Part shown: positions 44,844 through 48,842 of the stretch, in pieces | Layout: each line of letters starts with the position of its first letter | Position numbering within the stretch: position 1 is the first letter of the stretch | Source: an uncultured Anaerolineales bacterium | GTDB taxonomy: Bacteria > Chloroflexota > Anaerolineae > B4-G1 > SLSP01 | Assembly: GCA_964516885.1 (NCBI GenBank) | Contig: CAZEXX010000003.1 | Location: 1-48,842 of the forward strand | Direction: 5' to 3' | Length of the DNA stretch: 48,842 nucleotides | Made by a program: the position numbers and the translations under genes | The notes under the pieces: model-generated | The model's database searches: none | What the model saw: the letters and a program-made list of their open reading frames with translations, nothing else | What the model was told of the DNA's origin: nothing

Positions 44844-46163
44844 CTATTTCGCGAAGCGGTCCTTCAGGATCTCCTCGATGGTGGGACGGCCGATGACCTG
44901 CAGCTCATAGCGCACGCGCTCCATAGGGTGATCGACCTTCAGCAGGCGCGTGAGATCGATAGGCGTGCCGACGATCACAAGGTCACACGGCGTCGCGTTG
45001 ATGGTCTCCTCCAGATCGCGGATCTGCGCGTCGCCATAGCCCATCGCCGGCAGGACCGTGCCGGTCCCCGGGTACTTCTCATACGTCGCGGCGATAGACG
45101 CCACCGCATAGGGCCGCGGATCGATGATCTCAGCGGCACCGAATCGCTGAGCTGCGACGTAGCCGGCGCCGTAAGACATCCCGCCGTGGGTCACCGTGGG
45201 ACCATCCTCGATAACCAACACGCGCTTACCGCGAATCCGCTCGGGATGGTCGACAAAGATAGGTGACGCGGCTTCAACGACCACTGCGTCCGGGTTCAGA
45301 CGGCTGATGTTACCGTAGATCTCGCGCACCCCGGCGTAGTCGGCGGTCGCCATCTTGTTGATGACCAGCACGTCGGCAGCACGGAAGTTCGACTCGCCCG
45401 GGTAGTAGGCGACTTCGTGTCCTGCACGGAGGGGATCTACCATAGTCAACCACAGGTCCGGCCTATAGAACGGCAAATCGTTGTTGCCACCATCCCAAAC
45501 CACGACGTCGGCTTCCTGCTCTGCTTGACGCAGGATGGCCTCGTAGTCGACACCGGCGTAGACGACAATGCCACGATCCAGATGCGGCTCGTACTCCTCG
45601 CGCTCCTCAATGGTGCACTGGTGCTTATCGAGATCCGCGTAGGTGGCGAATCGCTGCACAGCTTGCTTAGCCAGGTCGCCGTAGGGCATGGGATGGCGAA
45701 CGGCGACAACCTTGAGGCCAAGGTTCTGCAGCACGTCACAGACGTGCCGGGTGGTCTGTGATTTGCCACACCCTGTGCGCACGGCGCAGACAGCCACCAC
45801 GGGCTTGTGGCTCTCAAGCATCGTCGCCTTTCCGCCCATCAAACGGAAGTCAGCACCGCAGGCGATAACCAACGAGGCTTGGTGCATCACGTACTCGTGC
45901 GGCACATCAGAGTAGGCGAACACTACCTGGCCGACATCGTTGTCCTCAATGAGCTGTGCGAGCTCCGACTCCGGAGTGATCGGGATACCTTCGGGGTAAA
46001 GCCCGCCGGCCAACTCCCGTGGGTAGCGGCGCCCATCGATATTGGGGATCTGCGCGGCCGTAAATGCCACGATCTCATAGCGATCGTTATCGCGGAAATA
46101 GGTGTTGAAGTTGTGGAAGTCACGCCCCGCAGCACCCATGATAATCGCCCGAATCCTCTCCAT
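44844..46163 (-). CDS. COG2403-type P-loop NTPase (databases annotate it 'GTPase' or 'cyclic 2,3-diphosphoglycerate synthetase-like')
   Basis: 439 aa. N-terminus IIMGAAGRDFHNFNTYFRDN and Walker A AVRTGCGKSQTT. Family assignment is from memory and is not certain. Confidence 0.55.
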   Translation of the reverse strand: MERIRAIIMGAAGRDFHNFNTYFRDNDRYEIVAFTAAQIPNIDGRRYPRELAGGLYPEGIPITPESELAQLIEDNDVGQVVFAYSDVPHEYVMHQASLVIACGADFRLMGGKATMLESHKPVVAVCAVRTGCGKSQTTRHVCDVLQNLGLKVVAVRHPMPYGDLAKQAVQRFATYADLDKHQCTIEEREEYEPHLDRGIVVYAGVDYEAILRQAEQEADVVVWDGGNNDLPFYRPDLWLTMVDPLRAGHEVAYYPGESNFRAADVLVINKMATADYAGVREIYGNISRLNPDAVVVEAASPIFVDHPERIRGKRVLVIEDGPTVTHGGMSYGAGYVAAQRFGAAEIIDPRPYAVASIAATYEKYPGTGTVLPAMGYGDAQIRDLEETINATPCDLVIVGTPIDLTRLLKVDHPMERVRYELQVIGRPTIEEILKDRFAK

Positions 46164-46301
46164 AGAAGCCAGCTCCTTTCAGAGATTGGACTTTGCAGTG
46201 ACGGGGGGCCGGCACGCTGCAGCCTGGTCCCGCGCCACGTCTGTTTCAAGAACGTGAAGCAAGCATAGCGCAGACCCTATGGGGACTCAAGTGAGGTTCG
46301 A

Positions 46302-46323
46302 GAAGAAAGCGGCGCTTTTCTTC
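46302..46323 (-). terminator. hairpin after nusB (weak terminator candidate)
   Basis: gaagaaagc-ggc-gcttttcttc, 9 bp with one bulge, 23 nt downstream of the nusB stop. Confidence 0.3.
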
Positions 46324-46345
46324 CTTTCAAGAGGAATAGCGCCAC

Positions 46346-46807
46346 TCACGTGGGCGTTGCTGAGAGAGGTAAATCGTCCAGAGCCAAAACTCGCGTGACC
46401 TCATCTTGGTGCGGCACCAACGCGCCCAGCACACCGTTGATGAAGCGTGGGGAGCTGTCCGACCCGTACTCCTTGGCGAGCTCAACGGCCTCGTTGATGG
46501 CCACCTTGAAGGGGACCCGCCCAGCGGTAAACTCATAGAGCGCTATGCGCAACAGGTTGCGATCCACAACGGCAACCTGATCCAACGGCCACTCAGGGGC
46601 ATGAGACTGGATATAGAGATCCAAGCGTGATGTCGCGGCCATAACGCCCTCTACCAACTGCCGAGCGTAGGCAGCCACGCGGGCATTGGCGTCCGATTCC
46701 ATGCCACATCGCTCATGGAGAACTGCGGCCGGCGCGTGTCCCACCAGATCGACCTCGTATAGCGCTTGCAGCGCTAACTCACGCGACAATCGGCGCTCAC
46801 CCTTCAT
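46346..46807 (-). CDS. nusB: transcription antitermination factor NusB
   Basis: 153 aa. RELALQALYEVDL and ...INEAVELAKEYG...FINGVLG. SD AAGGAG. Confidence 0.93.
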   Translation of the reverse strand: MKGERRLSRELALQALYEVDLVGHAPAAVLHERCGMESDANARVAAYARQLVEGVMAATSRLDLYIQSHAPEWPLDQVAVVDRNLLRIALYEFTAGRVPFKVAINEAVELAKEYGSDSSPRFINGVLGALVPHQDEVTRVLALDDLPLSATPT

Positions 46808-46860
46808 AAAGAACTCCTTGAGCGCACAACATCCCAGTACGCTCTCGACCGACTACGGTC

Positions 46861-47223
46861 CTAAGCCGTCTCCGCCGTCGACCATTCGTCAACCTGCGAG
46901 TACGTCACGTCCTCAATGTGGACGTTCACGGCATCGACAGGCATCCCAATCATTTGCTGAACGGCCCGGGTGACTTCGTACTGGACCTTGCGTCCCAGCT
47001 GCAGCAAGCTCTGGTCGGGACCCGCAATGATATGCAGATCGACGAAGACCCGCCCCTCCCTGACCTGAATCGCCACCGACTTGCCGGAAATGCCCAGCAG
47101 ACGATCCACATCACGCTCTGCGATCTCCGCAACGCCGGGAACCCCAAGAGTCGTCAGACGAGCGATGGTCTCCAAGACCGTGGGCTCCACCGTTACTGCA
47201 CCAGGAATCGTCTTGCCTTCCAT
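46861..47223 (-). CDS. Asp23/Gls24 family envelope stress protein
   Basis: VEPTVLETIARLTTLGVPGVAEI... is typical Asp23. The asp23-nusB adjacency matches the Firmicutes yqhY-nusB pair. ATG 47223 follows GAAGGGG; the ORF track starts at GTG 47238. Confidence 0.88.
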   Translation of the reverse strand: MEGKTIPGAVTVEPTVLETIARLTTLGVPGVAEIAERDVDRLLGISGKSVAIQVREGRVFVDLHIIAGPDQSLLQLGRKVQYEVTRAVQQMIGMPVDAVNVHIEDVTYSQVDEWSTAETA

Positions 47224-47287
47224 GAGACACCCCTTCACCGATCTCGTTTGCTGTCCACCTACCCAGCAACGACCACAGACTTCGCGT

Positions 47288-47322
47288 CATAAACAAAACG
47301 GACGGGCCTCCGCAGAGGCCCG
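47288..47322 (-). terminator. intrinsic terminator downstream of rpmF
   Basis: Minus strand: CGGGCCUC-UGCG-GAGGCCCG followed by UCCGUUUUGUUUAU. Confidence 0.7.
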
Positions 47323-47438
47323 ATCTTAAGTCATCCGTACCCTATCACCTGCCGGGAGTCAAACTCGGGTGCGCTTGATCTGAGCCTGGACCACGATCCA
47401 TCCGGCACACCAAACTACACCCCCAGGTGACGCCGAAA

Positions 47439-47630
47439 CTAGCTCTCGGCAACCTGAAGGACCTGGCGTCCCCGGTAGTACCCACACTTGGGACACACGT
47501 AATAAGGCCGAACAAGTCCGCCGCACTCCTCACACAGAACTTGCGCGGGGAGCTTTGCCGTGGGATAGCTGTTAGCCCGCCGCCGATCACGCCGGCCTGG
47601 CGGGGTTCGTCTCTTTGGTACTGCAGCCAT
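47439..47630 (-). CDS. rpmF: 50S ribosomal protein L32
   Basis: MAAVPKRRTPPGRRDRRRA... plus the zinc-ribbon CEECG...CPKCG. Confidence 0.95.
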   Translation of the reverse strand: MAAVPKRRTPPGRRDRRRANSYPTAKLPAQVLCEECGGLVRPYYVCPKCGYYRGRQVLQVAES

Positions 47631-47734
47631 ATCTACTTCCTCTCCCTTATGTCGTCAATAGTCTCGCCCGCACCAGACCTGTCATCGGATCCCGTTAGAG
47701 CGCAAGGTCAATTATACAGAAAACCGGCGTTCTG

Positions 47735-48205
47735 TCAATCTTGCCCGTCAGAAATCCCCGCCTCGCGATCCACTTCCAGTCGGTGCAGTCCGTTCTCCGC
47801 CACCCTCAGCTGCCGCGTCAGCTCAGATTGGAGCAAGCTGAGAGAGTTGAATACATAATCATCGGCATCCGTCTTCAAGCGATCCGAGATCTGACGAGCC
47901 TCCTGCACGATCATCTTGGCCTGCCGCTGCGCATCCACCACGAACTGGTGGCTGGAGGCCATCCGTTGGCCCTCTTCGCGAGCCTTGGCGATGATTATGT
48001 CAGCTTCCAACCGTGCGGCTTCCACAACGGCATCGCGCTCCTGCACAATGCGCCGAGCCTGTTCCATCTGCTCGGGTACCGCCTGGCGCAGTTGCGATAG
48101 CTGACCGCGCACCTCGTCTTCGTTCACCATACGATTGCCCAGGAATCTCGGACACTCCTCGACAATATAACGCTCCAACCGATCGATCAGGAAGTCAACA
48201 TCCAT
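47735..48205 (-). CDS. hypothetical coiled-coil protein (ATP-synthase b/G-subunit-like heptad region)
   Basis: 156 aa from MDVDFLIDRLERY (SD GAGGAGGG). Long charged helical stretch QARRIVQERDAVVEAARLEADIIIAKAREEGQRM... Confidence 0.6.
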   Translation of the reverse strand: MDVDFLIDRLERYIVEECPRFLGNRMVNEDEVRGQLSQLRQAVPEQMEQARRIVQERDAVVEAARLEADIIIAKAREEGQRMASSHQFVVDAQRQAKMIVQEARQISDRLKTDADDYVFNSLSLLQSELTRQLRVAENGLHRLEVDREAGISDGQD

Positions 48206-48278
48206 ACTCCCTCCTCTTTCAGCTTCATGAAGACGGTCCCTCATACCTTAGCCCGACCCAGGACATCCCACGCCCCCA

Positions 48279-48761
48279 TCAACTCGCTTGGCGCTTCTCT
48301 TCCAGCGCGGCCAACACCAAGGGGCTGACCATTCCAGACACATCCCCACCCGCGACAAAGACCTCTTTGACCAGACTGGCACTCACAAACGCATACTCGA
48401 ACCGGGTCATCAGACAAATCGTCTCCACCTGCGGCTGGAGTTGTTGGTTCATCAGAGCCATCTGGTATTCACGCTCGAAGTCCGAGATGACGCGCAATCC
48501 CCGGACCAGCGTCTGAGCCCCGAGGGATCGTGCAAACTCAACCGTCAGACCATCATAGGGCAGCACATCGACGTTGCCGAAGGGCTCCAGAACAGCACGA
48601 GCCAATGCCACGCGCTCACTTACCGTGAAGAGAAGCCGCTTATCAGGCCGAGCGTGAATCCCTACCACGAGGCGATCGAACAACGTCGCCGCCCGCTGAG
48701 CGATGTCCATATGCCCAAAGTGGACCGGATCAAATGAGCCGGGATAGACTGCTGTACGCAT
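48279..48761 (-). CDS. coaD: phosphopantetheine adenylyltransferase
   Basis: MRTAVYPGSFDPVHFGHMDIAQRA... (HxGH nucleotidyltransferase motif), 160 aa. Confidence 0.95.
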   Translation of the reverse strand: MRTAVYPGSFDPVHFGHMDIAQRAATLFDRLVVGIHARPDKRLLFTVSERVALARAVLEPFGNVDVLPYDGLTVEFARSLGAQTLVRGLRVISDFEREYQMALMNQQLQPQVETICLMTRFEYAFVSASLVKEVFVAGGDVSGMVSPLVLAALEEKRQAS

Positions 48762-48781
48762 CGTTAGCTCGCCTCTCAGCC

Positions 48782-48841
48782 CTAACTGAGGTCTCCGGAA
48801 TCCTGCCAGAAACTGGCGACCTCGGCGCGCAGAGCCTGATG
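48782..48841 (-). CDS. 3' end of an unidentified upstream gene (partial, runs off the window)
   Basis: Open frame ...HQALRAEVASFWQDSGDLS then TAG (48784-48782), ending 20 nt before coaD. Only 19 codons are visible. Confidence 0.3.
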   Translation of the reverse strand, partial: HQALRAEVASFWQDSGDLS

Positions 48842-48842
48842 C

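Noticed and set aside
1-48842. CRISPR arrays, rRNA or tRNA genes, IS elements, integrases, toxin-antitoxin pairs and known defence genes
   Set aside because: None was recognisable on either strand by eye. The absence should be confirmed with tRNAscan-SE, Infernal, ISfinder and DefenseFinder.

Overview
GC-rich bacterial chromosomal window. It looks Chloroflexota-like from gene content, but that is an unverified guess. I support about 45 protein genes. I found no rRNA, tRNA, CRISPR array, transposase or integrase. In order, the window holds alaS; a metE-yitJ methionine operon (minus strand) behind a ~195-nt leader; a REC-GAF-histidine kinase followed 5 nt later by a membrane protein with a baseplate-J-like domain; ruvX-mltG; two oxidoreductases; an LCP protein; yraN; a papain-like peptidase; and miaA. 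Next comes a ~14-kb purine operon: purS-S-L fusion, purQ, purC, a glycosidase, class II purE, purF, a purD-purM fusion, a GH2 glycosidase and purN. After that come groES-groEL with two CIRCE operators; a dtxR-feoA-feoB-feoC operon with a palindromic operator; a zinc-ribbon/LysM protein; an unknown 174-aa protein; a REC-ParA/TadZ-like protein; mpg; an acetamidase; a COG2403 P-loop protein; and nusB, asp23, rpmF and coaD. The window is mostly housekeeping and I see no clear novel system. The most unusual points are the purine operon, whose order and fusions resemble eukaryotic PAICS and GART and which has two tightly embedded glycosidases; a 39-nt hairpin repeat family in three copies, one supplying a gene's stop codon; the orphan REC-ParA/TadZ-like gene and its unknown neighbour; the kinase/baseplate-J-like pair; and an unclassified structured metE leader. 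All functional calls come from reading motifs by eye. No searches were run.
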